Source: an uncultured bacterium
GTDB lineage: Bacteria; Desulfobacterota; Binatia; UBA1149; CAITLU01
Reading direction: 5' to 3'
DNA length: 64,000 nucleotides
NCBI GenBank assembly: GCA_903893315.1
Contig: CAITLU010000024.1
Coordinates: 5,119 to 69,118, forward strand
The position numbers were made by a program, and so were the translations under genes. The notes under the pieces were generated by a model. It saw nothing but the letters and a program-made list of their open reading frames with translations, ran no database searches and was not told where the DNA came from. Positions 49,262-61,822 of this stretch are shown piece by piece; within the stretch, counting starts at the first letter, position 1; each line of letters starts with the position of its first letter.

Positions 49262-50214
49262 GCGCGTCGCGCGCCGATCACGCTGCGGCTCGCAGTCCCG
49301 GCGCAGCGGCTTCGATGCGGCGCCTGTTGGTGCTGATCGAGGATGCTGTCGTCAGCGCGCTGCCGACGGTCGCGCCGAGCGGTGCGGCCGGTTTCGGCGT
49401 CGATCGTCTGGCGGAATCGATGCGCTACTCGCTGTGCACTCCCGGCAAGCGTATTCGCCCTTTGCTGTTGCTCGCGGCTGCCGAAACGGTCGGCGCCCAG
49501 GCCGCGCGGTTGTCCCGTTTTGCCGCCGGCCTGGAGATGATTCACGCTTACTCGCTCATCCACGACGATCTGCCTGCGATGGACGACGACGACTTGAGGC
49601 GCGGCTTCCCGACCAATCACGTCATCTACGGTGAAGGGCTGGCGATCCTCGCGGGCGACGGTCTGTTGAGCGAGGCCTTCGTGCTGATGCTTGAACCGGT
49701 GACGGATGCGGCCATCCAAGCCCGCGTCGTTCACGAGATTGCGCGGGCCTCCGGACGCGAGGGCATGGTGGGCGGTCAGGCAGCCGACCTGATGGGCGAA
49801 GGCCGCGCGCCGGATCCTTCGTTGCTCAGAGCCATTCACGCGCGCAAGACCGGTGCTCTGCTGCGCGTGTCGGTACAGGCCGGAGCGATGCTCGGCGGAT
49901 CGACGCCTGCGCAGTTGGCCGCGCTTTGCGATTTCGGCGAGCGCTTCGGGCTGGCGTTTCAGATCGCGGACGACATCAAGGACGAAGTCGCGCCGCCGCA
50001 GGTCACCGGCAAGAGCGCAGGAGGTGACCAAGTCGCGGGCAAGGTGACCTATCCTTCCTTGTTCGGCATCGATCGCTCGCGCGAACTGCTGCTTGCGGAA
50101 CTCGAAGCGGCGCTTCAGGCCTTGCGCAGTTTGGAGGGTGACACGACGTTGCTCGAGGCGATCGCGCTGGAGGCCGTGGCGCCGGCTTTGGCGAACGGCG
50201 TTGCGGAGGATTGA
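49258..50214 (+). CDS. ispA: Farnesyl/geranylgeranyl diphosphate synthase
   Basis: 'GKRIRP', 'SLIHDDLPAMDDDDLRRG', 'GGQAAD', 'KTGAL', 'FQIADD', 'KVTYP'. Confidence 0.93.
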   Translation: MSASRADHAAARSPGAAASMRRLLVLIEDAVVSALPTVAPSGAAGFGVDRLAESMRYSLCTPGKRIRPLLLLAAAETVGAQAARLSRFAAGLEMIHAYSLIHDDLPAMDDDDLRRGFPTNHVIYGEGLAILAGDGLLSEAFVLMLEPVTDAAIQARVVHEIARASGREGMVGGQAADLMGEGRAPDPSLLRAIHARKTGALLRVSVQAGAMLGGSTPAQLAALCDFGERFGLAFQIADDIKDEVAPPQVTGKSAGGDQVAGKVTYPSLFGIDRSRELLLAELEAALQALRSLEGDTTLLEAIALEAVAPALANGVAED

Positions 50215-51071
50215 TCCTGGCCTCGCGTCGTCCTCGCCAGGTGGGCGCTTCGGGCGCGGACCGTACTCGTTCGAACGAGGCGTGCGATGCTGCCGACGCC
50301 GTCGGCAAGTCACGTTCCAGACTTCGTGCCGACGATCGTCTGGTCGAACTGGAACTGGCCGCGTCACGTGACGAAGCGGCCAGGTTGATCCTCGCCGGAT
50401 TGGTCAAAATCGGCAGCGAGCGCATCGTCAAAGCCGGTCAACTCGTCGCGTCTGACGCCGATCTGGCGGTGCGTGACCGCGCCCGCTTCGTTTCGCGAGG
50501 CGGTACCAAACTCGAAGCCGCACTCGACCGCTTCGATGTGACGTGCCGGGGCGTTACTGCGCTCGATGCCGGCTGCTCGACAGGCGGTTTCACTCACTGT
50601 CTTCTCGAACGGGGAGCCGCGCGCGTCTATGCGGTCGACGTCGGTTACGGTCAGTTCGCGTGGAAGCTGCGCGTCGATCCGCGCGTCGTGCTGATGGAGC
50701 GCACCAACATCCGCAGCGTCGCGGCCGCGACGCTGGCGCCGCGACCTTCGCTGGTGGTGGCCGATCTGTCGTTCGTTTCGCTGCGCAGCGTGCTGGGCGT
50801 GTTGCTCGATCTCGCCGCTCCTGCCGCGACCTTCGTGCTGCTGGTCAAGCCGCAGTTCGAGGTAGCGCCCGAGAAACTCGAACGTGGTGTCGTAGTCAGT
50901 GCCGAGGTGCGCGCGCAGGCGTTGGCCGGGGTCGAAGCCGATGTGGTCGGCAACGGTCTCGTCGTTGCGGGTGTGGTGGAGTCACCGATCCGCGGGGCCG
51001 ACGGGAACGTGGAGTACCTGCTGGTCGCGCGCAGGGCCGGCGCTGCCGATCAGGAAAACATCCAGCCGTGA
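50211..51071 (+). CDS. tlyA: TlyA family rRNA (cytidine-2'-O)-methyltransferase
   Basis: S4 domain, 'FVSRGGTKL', 'DAGCSTGGFT', 'VDVGYGQ', 'DLSFVSL', 'KPQFE', 'GNVEYL'. Confidence 0.95.
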   Translation: MILASRRPRQVGASGADRTRSNEACDAADAVGKSRSRLRADDRLVELELAASRDEAARLILAGLVKIGSERIVKAGQLVASDADLAVRDRARFVSRGGTKLEAALDRFDVTCRGVTALDAGCSTGGFTHCLLERGAARVYAVDVGYGQFAWKLRVDPRVVLMERTNIRSVAAATLAPRPSLVVADLSFVSLRSVLGVLLDLAAPAATFVLLVKPQFEVAPEKLERGVVVSAEVRAQALAGVEADVVGNGLVVAGVVESPIRGADGNVEYLLVARRAGAADQENIQP

Positions 51072-51724
51072 AGGTTGTAGAGTATCGTCGCGATCACCAC
51101 TCCGGCGGTCAGCGCAAGCCACGGCAGTTCGGATAGCACCAGGCGGCCGCGGCCGGTCACGATGGCGCCGAACGGGAGCAGCGAGGTTTCGGCGAAGAAT
51201 CCGTCGAGGCGGCCTTTCTCTGTAACGCGCTTGCGTGCGTCCTGATGCATGCAGCCGAGTAGCCCGACCGCGAACAGACCGCCGAAGAAGGCGACGTCGC
51301 TGGCGAAGCCGTTCACCGCCATGTGGGCCAGACCCCACAGGCCCATCGGCAGGAACATCGGGTGACGCGTGATGCGTGTCAGTCCATACGCCGACGTGCG
51401 GGCTCCGGCGGTGAGGCTGGCAGGACTCGGCTGCGTCGGGGATGCGACCACGAAGGCGAACGAGGCGCCGGCGAGCAACAGCGCCAACGTGTGCACGCCC
51501 GGTACGTCGCCCAAGGTCCACAGCAGCGGACCGGTGTGGATGTTTTTCAGGTAGATCCTGACTGCGGGGACGAAGGTGGCGAACGAGATCAGCGAATACA
51601 CGCCGAGGTACGGCTTCTGTCCGAGCCGCGCCACCAGGCCAGGCCTGAACGTGACCGATGACATTACCATGTGTGTTGCGGCAAAGGCGGACATCCAAAA
51701 TAGAATCAGGCTCCAAGCAGGCAT
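51050..51724 (-). CDS. NnrU family membrane protein
   Basis: 'FAATH', 'YSLIS', 'ITRHPM', 'WGLAH...NG', 'TSLLPF'. Confidence 0.85.
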   Translation of the reverse strand: MPAWSLILFWMSAFAATHMVMSSVTFRPGLVARLGQKPYLGVYSLISFATFVPAVRIYLKNIHTGPLLWTLGDVPGVHTLALLLAGASFAFVVASPTQPSPASLTAGARTSAYGLTRITRHPMFLPMGLWGLAHMAVNGFASDVAFFGGLFAVGLLGCMHQDARKRVTEKGRLDGFFAETSLLPFGAIVTGRGRLVLSELPWLALTAGVVIATILYNLHGWMFS

Positions 51725-51742
51725 GGCGTTCTCCGTTTCGTG

Positions 51743-52465
51743 CTATCGGGCGAGGGCCGGCTTGCTGCCGGAGTCGGGCTTGGCGGTAGCGGTTTCGACA
51801 CGCTGCATCCACAGGCCGACGCGCTCGAAGTCCGTCAGCGTGGCCGCACCTTCCTTGGTACCGCAGATGCAAGCGAACTGAACGAACACCGCGATGTCGG
51901 CCAACGTCATGCTGCTGCCGACCAGCCAGGGGCCGGTGCTCAGCATTCCGTCGAGTGCCTCGAAGTGCCGCCTCAGATCGGCCATGACCTGCTTACGGCT
52001 CTTTCGGCCGAGTCCTTGTTTGACCAAGATGGCCTTCATGTGGCGGGGGATGACGAAGCGCGCCGCGCGGCTGACGATTTCGCTGTCGTTGGCACACAGC
52101 AACGGCACCCACCTGGCCGCGTTGTGCCCGAGCGTGAAGCGCAGGAACATCTCGTAGAAGTAGAGGCTCTCGTCGGCCCAATCCTCGAGGACGTGGCACA
52201 GGGCTCGCTCGCGCGGATCGCTCGGCAGCAGGCGCGGCTCCGGGAAACGCTCTTCGAGGTAGTAGGCGATGTCGGTGGAGTCGCCGAAGCGTCGTCCCTC
52301 GTGCTCGATGGCCGGCAATTTGCCTACGGGGTTCACCTTGCGGACCTTGGTCACCGCATCCTGCATCGATATCTCGCGGGTCGTGTAGTCGACGCCTTTG
52401 ACGTGAAGGACGCGACGAATCTTGTCGCAGAATGGCGAGATCTCGAACTGATATAACGTGACCAC
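51743..52465 (-). CDS. Glutathione S-transferase family protein
   Basis: 'YQFEISPFCDKIR', 'NPVGKLP', 'DSTDIAYYLE', 'TLADIAV'; GTG 52465 after GGAG. Confidence 0.9.
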   Translation of the reverse strand: MVTLYQFEISPFCDKIRRVLHVKGVDYTTREISMQDAVTKVRKVNPVGKLPAIEHEGRRFGDSTDIAYYLEERFPEPRLLPSDPRERALCHVLEDWADESLYFYEMFLRFTLGHNAARWVPLLCANDSEIVSRAARFVIPRHMKAILVKQGLGRKSRKQVMADLRRHFEALDGMLSTGPWLVGSSMTLADIAVFVQFACICGTKEGAATLTDFERVGLWMQRVETATAKPDSGSKPALAR

Positions 52466-52545
52466 TCTGCGTCTCCGGTCAGTCCCCAATTTTGACTTGC
52501 TGCCGGGCTCTGACTAGGGTCAGCCCTTATTGAGAGGGCTGAACG

Positions 52546-52749
52546 ATGGCAAGAGTAACCGTAGAAGATTGTTTAGAAAAGGTTCCCAACCGTTTCATGC
52601 TGGCGACTGTCGCCGTGCGCCGCGCCAAACAGCTTCTGCGTGGTGCCAGGCCGCTCGTCGAAACGGACAACAAAGAGGTCGTCACCGCGCTTCGCGAGGT
52701 CGCGGCCGGTCTGGTGGGGCCCGTTGCAGTGGTCGAGGACGGCCAGTAA
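52546..52749 (+). CDS. rpoZ: RNA polymerase omega subunit
   Basis: '[20 protein letters not shown]...RRAKQL...[14 protein letters not shown]'. Confidence 0.97.
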   Translation: MARVTVEDCLEKVPNRFMLATVAVRRAKQLLRGARPLVETDNKEVVTALREVAAGLVGPVAVVEDGQ

Positions 52750-52948
52750 CGATTCCTCTCGGAGTTGGTTGTCCACCTACCTGTTGAGAGGCTCATCTGT
52801 GCAGTCTTTTCGATAAGGTCCGGATGCAGGGCGAGGGCGGTGATAGCGAGCGCGGTCGTATTGTAGGGTACGCCGCCGTGGCGAGCTTGCGGGGCCCGGC
52901 CTCGCGGGAATCCGTTCTTCAAAAAGACGCTGGTGGAAGGCTGGCGGC

Positions 52949-54142
52949 ATGGCCGTAAAGAAGTCAGCAGGCGAGTCTTCCGAGCCGAAGAGGCGCAAGC
53001 GTACGAGCCGCGCGAAGCCGGGCGGATCTCGGCGTTCCTCCGCGTCGCAGTCCGAGCCGGTCCCCGAGTCAGACGAGGGCGGGGACGGAATCAGCCCCGA
53101 CGAAAGTCTTGAGCCGGAGCTTATCGAAGGCGAAATTCTCGACGCCAACTACGGCGACGAGCCTGTCGCCGCCGCGGACCCTGACTCTGACCCCGACTCT
53201 GATGCGGCCGAAGACGGGAGCGACGACGCTGTCGAGGCGGTGCCCGGCAAGCGTCTGGCGATAGCGGCCGGCGCTGCCGGAGCGTTGGTTCTCAGCAGTT
53301 CCCTGGATCGCTATCTGGCTGAGGTCCGCACCTATCCGATCCTTTCGCGCGAGCAGGAGCTCGAAGTCATCGACCGTTACTACGTTCAGGGCGATGCCGA
53401 AGCCGCGGTCAAACTGGTCACCTCCAACCTGCGTCTGGTCGTGATGGTGGCTCGCGAATATCAGCGCGCCTTCCACAATCTTCTGGACCTGATCCAAGAG
53501 GGCAACATCGGCCTTCTCGAAGCCGTCAAGCAGTTCGATCCGTACCGTGGGGTGCGCTTCCCTTCCTACGCCGTGTGGTGGATCCGCGCCTACGTGATCC
53601 GCTACGTGATGAACAACTTCCGCCTCGTCAAGGTCGGCACTACTCAGGCCCAGCGACGTCTGTTCTTCAACCTGAGGAAAGAGAAGGCCAGGCTCGAAGC
53701 GTTGGGCTTTGCGCCGACCCCCCAGCGCATCGCCGAAGTGCTTGGGGTCAAGGAGAAAGAAGTCATCGAGATGGACCAGCGTCTGGCGACTTCTTCAGAA
53801 GTCTCGGTGGAGACTCCGCTCGGGTACGATTCCGGAGCCGGTACCATGCTCGATCTTCTTCCGGCTCCGGGTGAGAGCGCCGAAGAAGAGGTTGCCGGCG
53901 GTGAGTTCTACGCGCTGATGAAGGAAAAACTAGGCGATTTCGCTCTCACCCTGCGTGGGCGGGAGGCCGAGATATTCCGCGAGCGGCTGATGGCCGAGGC
54001 CCCGCTGACTCTTCAGGAATTGGGGGACCGCTACGGTGTCAGCCGCGAGCGGGTCAGGCAGATGGAAGCCACCGTGAAGAAGAGGCTGCGCGAGTATCTG
54101 GTCTCGCAGGTCCGCGACCTTCACGAAGACATGGTCGGCTGA
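52949..54142 (+). CDS. rpoH: Sigma-32 (RpoH) family sigma factor with acidic N-terminal extension
   Basis: 'SNLRLVV', 'DLIQEGNIGL', 'YAVWWIRA', RpoH box 'QRRLFFNLR', region 4 'GVSRERVRQME'. Confidence 0.9.
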   Translation: MAVKKSAGESSEPKRRKRTSRAKPGGSRRSSASQSEPVPESDEGGDGISPDESLEPELIEGEILDANYGDEPVAAADPDSDPDSDAAEDGSDDAVEAVPGKRLAIAAGAAGALVLSSSLDRYLAEVRTYPILSREQELEVIDRYYVQGDAEAAVKLVTSNLRLVVMVAREYQRAFHNLLDLIQEGNIGLLEAVKQFDPYRGVRFPSYAVWWIRAYVIRYVMNNFRLVKVGTTQAQRRLFFNLRKEKARLEALGFAPTPQRIAEVLGVKEKEVIEMDQRLATSSEVSVETPLGYDSGAGTMLDLLPAPGESAEEEVAGGEFYALMKEKLGDFALTLRGREAEIFRERLMAEAPLTLQELGDRYGVSRERVRQMEATVKKRLREYLVSQVRDLHEDMVG

Positions 54143-54232
54143 GCGTGCTGCAAAATCACCGCTACCGCTTTGCGCAACGACTGTCGCCCGACTCGGGCGC
54201 TCGTGCTAGCGTCGCCAGCCGTGCGTGAGAGC

Positions 54233-54958
54233 ATGAGCGCAGGGCTTGTGGTGATCGGCAACGAGATCCTGTCGGGCAAGGTTGCCGACGCGAACACCCC
54301 GTTCCTGGCGCGAGAGTTGCGTGTTCTCGGGGTCGCTCTTGAGCGGGTGATCGTGGTTCCCGATGAAGTGGACACGGTGGCCGGCGTGGTTGCCGATTTC
54401 GCGCGGCGCTTCGAGGTCGTGTTCACTTCCGGCGGGGTCGGCCCCACTCACGATGACGTGACCATGGATGCTGTGGCGCAGGCGTTCGGACGGCCAATGG
54501 TCGAAAACGCCGGACTGCGCCGGGCCATCGAGGGGTTTGTCGGAAGCGCGGTCAACGAGGCTCATCTCAAGATGGCGATGGTTCCCGAGGGCTGCGAACT
54601 CGTGATCGACGGACACCCAGCGTTTCCCACCGTCGTTGTCGAGAACGTCTACGTTCTGCCCGGCATCCCGGAAATATTCCAGGCCAAGCTCGTCGCCTTG
54701 CGTGATCGCTTTCGCTCGCAGCCCTACCATCTGCGTCAGGTATTGGTTCGCGAGCACGAGACCGACATCGCCGAGTTCCTCAACGCGACCCTGGCGGCTT
54801 TTCCCGAGTTGTTGCTCGGCTCGTATCCCAAGTTGTCGAATCCGGAGTACCGGGTGCGGCTCACGCTCGAATCGAAAGACGAAAGTTACGTCGAAGCGGC
54901 ACTGGCTGACTTGCTCCGGCGCCTGCCGCAGGGTTTTGTGGTCAAGGTGGAGAACTGA
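54233..54958 (+). CDS. CinA-like molybdopterin-binding domain protein (COG1058)
   Basis: 'IGNEILSGKVADAN', 'TSGGVGPTHDDVT', 'LPGIPE', 'GSYP'; no C-terminal PncC domain. Confidence 0.88.
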   Translation: MSAGLVVIGNEILSGKVADANTPFLARELRVLGVALERVIVVPDEVDTVAGVVADFARRFEVVFTSGGVGPTHDDVTMDAVAQAFGRPMVENAGLRRAIEGFVGSAVNEAHLKMAMVPEGCELVIDGHPAFPTVVVENVYVLPGIPEIFQAKLVALRDRFRSQPYHLRQVLVREHETDIAEFLNATLAAFPELLLGSYPKLSNPEYRVRLTLESKDESYVEAALADLLRRLPQGFVVKVEN

Positions 54959-54976
54959 AGAAGTGGAGGTGGAAAG

Positions 54977-55426
54977 ATGAAATCACAAAAGACCAAGGTT
55001 CGATTCTCGGCGACGGTTCTGGCGGCGGCGCTGTGGCTGTCTCCGTTGGCGGCTACCGCCGAGTCTTCACAGGCCGGCCAGGCCGGCGCGGATTTCGGCT
55101 TCGGTGTCCTGGCGGTGTTCAGCAACGTTCTCTACATGCCGGTCAAGTTTTGTTACGCCGTGCTCGGCAGCGTCACCGGCTCTCTGGCCTACGGGCTGAC
55201 CGGTGGGAATCGCGAAATAGCCGACGGTATCTGGGTGCCGTCGATGGGTGGCGACTATGTGCTCACCTCCGCGATGATGACGGGTGATGAGCATGTCTAT
55301 TTCAGCGGCCTCCGTAAGGGGGCGGGTTCCGGGCGCGAAGGCGCGAGCGACGAGCCCGCCTCTTCGGGCGACGAAGAAGAGCGGCAGGGTGGCTCTTCCG
55401 GCTCGCGCGGCGGCTCGACATTCTGA
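54977..55426 (+). CDS. Conserved-looking hypothetical exported/membrane protein
   Basis: Signal peptide, 'NVLYMPVKFCYAVLG', 'GGDYVLT'; strong GGAGGT RBS. Confidence 0.75.
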   Translation: MKSQKTKVRFSATVLAAALWLSPLAATAESSQAGQAGADFGFGVLAVFSNVLYMPVKFCYAVLGSVTGSLAYGLTGGNREIADGIWVPSMGGDYVLTSAMMTGDEHVYFSGLRKGAGSGREGASDEPASSGDEEERQGGSSGSRGGSTF

Positions 55427-55613
55427 TCTGGCCAAGCGGGCGACTCTGTTGCCGCATGGCGTGGGGAGGGCACCTGCGCCATGCGGCCCGCTTGTTCAGA
55501 CCGGGAGGGTGGGCTAGCTTCTCGCCGCCCGCGCTGTCCCGGGCCGCTGCCGTTGTAGAATTCGCGCGGCGTAGTCTTTTTACAGTCTGCATATTGCCCG
55601 AGAGGTCGAGCGG

Positions 55614-56219
55614 ATGAACAAGAAAATTCGTGTTTTTACCCTGGTTGCGGCTCTGGTGGCCGTTGGTGGAGTGGTCGGCTGCGATGCGATCGGCGGCTTC
55701 TTCCGTGCCCGTAATGCGGCGGTCAAGTGGGAAGGTCCGATCGACGAGATCGCTTTCGCCAACCTGCCCAAGGACGGCAAGGTATTCGACATCGAGATGC
55801 ACTCGCGCATCGACGCCCCGGCCGACAAGGTCTGGGAGGCGATGAAGCACCCGGAAAAGCTCTCGCAGAACAGCGAGCAGTACAAGAAGAGCGAACTCCT
55901 CAAGGATGAGGGCAACGTCAAGGAACTGGAACTCCACGTCATGGTTCTCGACAACCTACAGACCCTGACGGTTCGCATGGAGTTCGACGACGTGACCAAG
56001 ACCGTCAAGATCAAGACGCTGACGTCTTCGATGGCCGACATCGACGGCAGCTATCACCTCGAGGCCTCTCCTGACGGACAGAAGACTGCGTACATCTACA
56101 AGGCCAAGCAGACCGACAAGATTATGATGCCGATCTCCGAAGACGTGCAGCGCAGCGCTGTCAAGGAAAGCTTCGTCAACCAGGTGCGCGCGATCAAGAA
56201 GCAACTCGGCCTTGGCTGA
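55614..56219 (+). CDS. SRPBCC/START-fold lipoprotein
   Basis: Lipobox VVGC; 'IDAPADKVWEAM', 'DIDGSYHL', C-terminal helix; strongly biased codon usage. Confidence 0.75.
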   Translation: MNKKIRVFTLVAALVAVGGVVGCDAIGGFFRARNAAVKWEGPIDEIAFANLPKDGKVFDIEMHSRIDAPADKVWEAMKHPEKLSQNSEQYKKSELLKDEGNVKELELHVMVLDNLQTLTVRMEFDDVTKTVKIKTLTSSMADIDGSYHLEASPDGQKTAYIYKAKQTDKIMMPISEDVQRSAVKESFVNQVRAIKKQLGLG

Positions 56220-56248
56220 GTGTGATCTGCTGCTACGGCGTTCGTTTG

Positions 56249-56281
56249 GGGCCGCCTCCGCTTCGGGGGGGCGGCCTCTTT
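56249..56281 (+). terminator. Probable intrinsic terminator
   Basis: GGCCGCCTCC / GGGGGCGGCC hairpin followed by TCTTT. Confidence 0.55.
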
Positions 56282-56286
56282 AGTTG

Positions 56287-56877
56287 ATGAAGGTAACTCT
56301 CGCCGAGTTCCGCGCTTCCGCCGTGACGCCTGCGGCAATTCCCGCCGCCGTTCATCCGGAGGTGGCGATCGCCGGTCGTTCCAACGTCGGCAAGTCGTCG
56401 CTGATCAACCGCATGACCGGGCGGCGCAGTCTGGCGCGCACCAGCCGTACGCCCGGCTGTACGCGCGGGCTGATCTTCTACAACATCAACGACGCGCTGA
56501 CCCTCGTCGATCTTCCCGGCTACGGTTACGCGAGCCGTTCCCAGACCGAGCGCCGCCAGTGGAAGAGCCTGGTGGAACGCTATCTGGCCACCCGCGAAGA
56601 ACTCGCCTGCGTGCTGATCCTGATCGACTGCCGTCGGGGCCCGCAGCAGGAGGAACTCGACCTCGCCGAGTATCTGTCGTCGGTGGGACTCGTCTACGTC
56701 TACGTTCTGACCAAGACCGACAAACTGAGCCGCTCGGAGTTGTCCCGTCACGGAGCGGTGCTGCGCGCTGCGGTAGAGCCGGCGCCGGTGATCGCGACAT
56801 CTTCCGAAAGCGGCGCAGGAATAGACTCCCTGTGGAAGTGGATCCGCGCGGCGATCGCCACGGAGCGGCAGGGGTGA
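56287..56877 (+). CDS. engB: Ribosome biogenesis GTPase YihA/YsxC
   Basis: G1 GRSNVGKS, 'PGCTR', G3 DLPGYGY, G4 TKTD. Start is ATG 56287 or TTG 56284. Confidence 0.95.
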   Translation: MKVTLAEFRASAVTPAAIPAAVHPEVAIAGRSNVGKSSLINRMTGRRSLARTSRTPGCTRGLIFYNINDALTLVDLPGYGYASRSQTERRQWKSLVERYLATREELACVLILIDCRRGPQQEELDLAEYLSSVGLVYVYVLTKTDKLSRSELSRHGAVLRAAVEPAPVIATSSESGAGIDSLWKWIRAAIATERQG

Positions 56878-57773
56878 GCCGCAGGTCCGCCGCCGGCACA
56901 TGGTGGATCGGTGACTGGATCGAACTGCTGCGGCCTTCGCAGTGGGTCAAGAACGGCTTCGTTCTGGCCGCGTTGGTGTTTTCGCTCAAGCTGCTGCAGC
57001 CGGCGCCGCTGCTGAGAAGCCTGCTCGCTTTGGTGGTGTTCTGCGCGGCATCAAGTGCCGCCTACGTCGTCAATGACGTTGTCGATGCAGAGCGTGACCG
57101 CTCCCATCCCGAGAAGATCCGGCGCCCTCTGGCGTCCGGGCGGGTCAAGCCTGCTGCCGCCTGGGCGGTCGCGGTCTCGCTGACCGTGTTTGCGCTGCTC
57201 GGGGCTACGGCGCTGGGCACGCCTTTCGTTGCCTGCGTGGCGGCCTTCCTGGCCCTGCAACTCCTCTACACGACGCGCATCAAACACGTGGTGGTCCTTG
57301 ACGCTACCGCAATCGCCGGCGGCTTCGTGCTGCGCACCGAGGCCGGGGTGCTGGCTGCTGGTGCGCACATGTCACCGTGGCTGTTTCTGATGACCTTCTT
57401 GCTGGCGCTGTTGCTGGCCCTGGCCAAGCGCCGCCACGAGCTGCTGCTGCTGGGCGTCGATGCTCGCTTGCACCGCGGCGTCCTCGAAGACTACCGGGCT
57501 ACGCCGTTGGATCCTTTGATCGTATCGTTGGCGGCGGCCGTTATCGGGGTCTACATCCAGTACACGCTTTCGGCCGACGTGGCGGCGCGACTCGGTACCG
57601 ACCGGCTCTGCCTGACAGTTCCCTTTGTGGTCTTAGGGATTTTTCGATACCTCTTCCTGATCTACGGGCGTGAGCAGGGCGGGAATCCGACCGGAACCCT
57701 CCTCGGGGATCGCCCGCTCCAAATCACCGTGGCCCTGTGGGCGGTCGCGGTGGTCGCGTTGCTGTACGGATAG
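56874..57773 (+). CDS. UbiA family decaprenyl-phosphate phosphoribosyltransferase-like protein
   Basis: 'LRPSQWVKN', '[26 protein letters not shown]', 'KRRHEL', 'GIFRY'; GTGA overlap with engB. Confidence 0.88.
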   Translation: MSRRSAAGTWWIGDWIELLRPSQWVKNGFVLAALVFSLKLLQPAPLLRSLLALVVFCAASSAAYVVNDVVDAERDRSHPEKIRRPLASGRVKPAAAWAVAVSLTVFALLGATALGTPFVACVAAFLALQLLYTTRIKHVVVLDATAIAGGFVLRTEAGVLAAGAHMSPWLFLMTFLLALLLALAKRRHELLLLGVDARLHRGVLEDYRATPLDPLIVSLAAAVIGVYIQYTLSADVAARLGTDRLCLTVPFVVLGIFRYLFLIYGREQGGNPTGTLLGDRPLQITVALWAVAVVALLYG

Positions 57774-57789
57774 CCTGCACTCCCGATCA

Positions 57790-60606
<2,817 letters not shown>

Positions 60607-60610
60607 TCCG

Positions 60611-61822
60611 ATGAAGATCGAATCGGCACCGGCTCCCGCGCAGGTTCGCGGCTTTCGATTCTCGGGAATCCACGGCGGCATCAAGAAGAAGGGCCGGCGC
60701 GACTTCGCGCTGATCGTTGCTGATCGTCCCTGCGCGGGCGCGGCGGTCTTCACCCGTAACCGCTGCGCGGCCGCGCCCGTGGTCGTTGCTCGCGAGCACG
60801 CCTCGTCGGGCCGCATCCAGGCGATCATGATCAATTCCGGCAACGCCAATTGCGCCACCGGGGAGCAGGGTCTCAAGCTGGCGCGCTGGAGTTGCGAAGA
60901 AGTGGCCGGACGTCTCGGCATCGCGCCGTCGCTGGTGCTGCCGTGCTCGACCGGAGTGATCGGAGTACAACTCGACCACCGTGTGATGGCGAAGGCCATC
61001 TCCCTTGGTGTCGATGCGCTGAGCCGTCGCGGTTTTGCGGCCGCGGCGCGCGCCATTTTGACCTCCGACGCTTTCCCTAAATGGGCCTCGCGCACGCTGC
61101 GACTGAACGACCACGAGGTCACGGTGGCGGCGATGGCCAAGGGGGCGGGCATGATCGAGCCGCACATGGCGACCATGCTCAGCTTCGTGCTCACCGACGC
61201 CAAACTTTCTCCGGACGCTGCGCGCAGTGTGCTCGAGAGTGCGGTCGCGACCAGTTTGAACCGCATCAGCGTCGACGGCGACACCAGCACCAACGATACC
61301 TGTGTATTGATGGCGTCGGGCGAGTCGGCCGGGGCGATGATCGACGGACCGGCCAGTGAAGGCTACGAAACTCTGGCCAGGGCCGTCGCCGAGATTCTCG
61401 ACGAAGTATCGCGCATGATCGTCAGGGACGGCGAGGGCGCCACCAAGATGGTGGATCTCGTGGTTGTCGGCGCGCTCGATGACGGAGAAGCAGATCGCGT
61501 CGCGCGGCGTATCGCCAACTCTCCGCTGGTCCGCACCGCGCTGACAGGAGCGGATCCGAACTGGGGCCGTATTGTCATGGCTCTTGGTAACTCCGAGGCC
61601 TCGTTAGAGATGGCGGCATTGGAAGTGGACGTCGGCGAAGTGGCGTTGGTGCGCGCCGGCACCGTCATTTCCGAGGAAGCGGTCGCCGCGGCTCGCCGAG
61701 TGATGAAACGCGATGCCTACGCGATGACGGTTCGGCTCGGGGCCGGGCCGGGCCGGGCGACGATCGTCACCAGCGATCTCACCGAAGCGTACGTGCGCCT
61801 CAATTCGGCCTACACGAGCTGA
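60611..61822 (+). CDS. argJ: Bifunctional glutamate N-acetyltransferase/ornithine acetyltransferase
   Basis: 'NSGNANCATG', 'STGVIG', 'KGAGMIEPHMATML', 'DGDTSTND', 'DGEGATK', 'DPNWGR'. Confidence 0.96.
   Translation: MKIESAPAPAQVRGFRFSGIHGGIKKKGRRDFALIVADRPCAGAAVFTRNRCAAAPVVVAREHASSGRIQAIMINSGNANCATGEQGLKLARWSCEEVAGRLGIAPSLVLPCSTGVIGVQLDHRVMAKAISLGVDALSRRGFAAAARAILTSDAFPKWASRTLRLNDHEVTVAAMAKGAGMIEPHMATMLSFVLTDAKLSPDAARSVLESAVATSLNRISVDGDTSTNDTCVLMASGESAGAMIDGPASEGYETLARAVAEILDEVSRMIVRDGEGATKMVDLVVVGALDDGEADRVARRIANSPLVRTALTGADPNWGRIVMALGNSEASLEMAALEVDVGEVALVRAGTVISEEAVAAARRVMKRDAYAMTVRLGAGPGRATIVTSDLTEAYVRLNSAYTS

Noticed and set aside
51050..51724. NnrU as evidence of denitrification
   Set aside because: No nir, nor or nos genes are in the window, and NnrU-family proteins are widespread outside denitrifiers.
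52750..52948. Possible tRNA, 6S RNA or thermosensor between rpoZ and rpoH
   Set aside because: Only short imperfect hairpins; no cloverleaf, T-loop consensus or 6S central bubble is identifiable by eye.
55424..55500. UGA followed by a hairpin as a possible selenocysteine/SECIS signal
   Set aside because: The UGA follows a low-complexity tail, and the read-through peptide has no redox motif or coding character.
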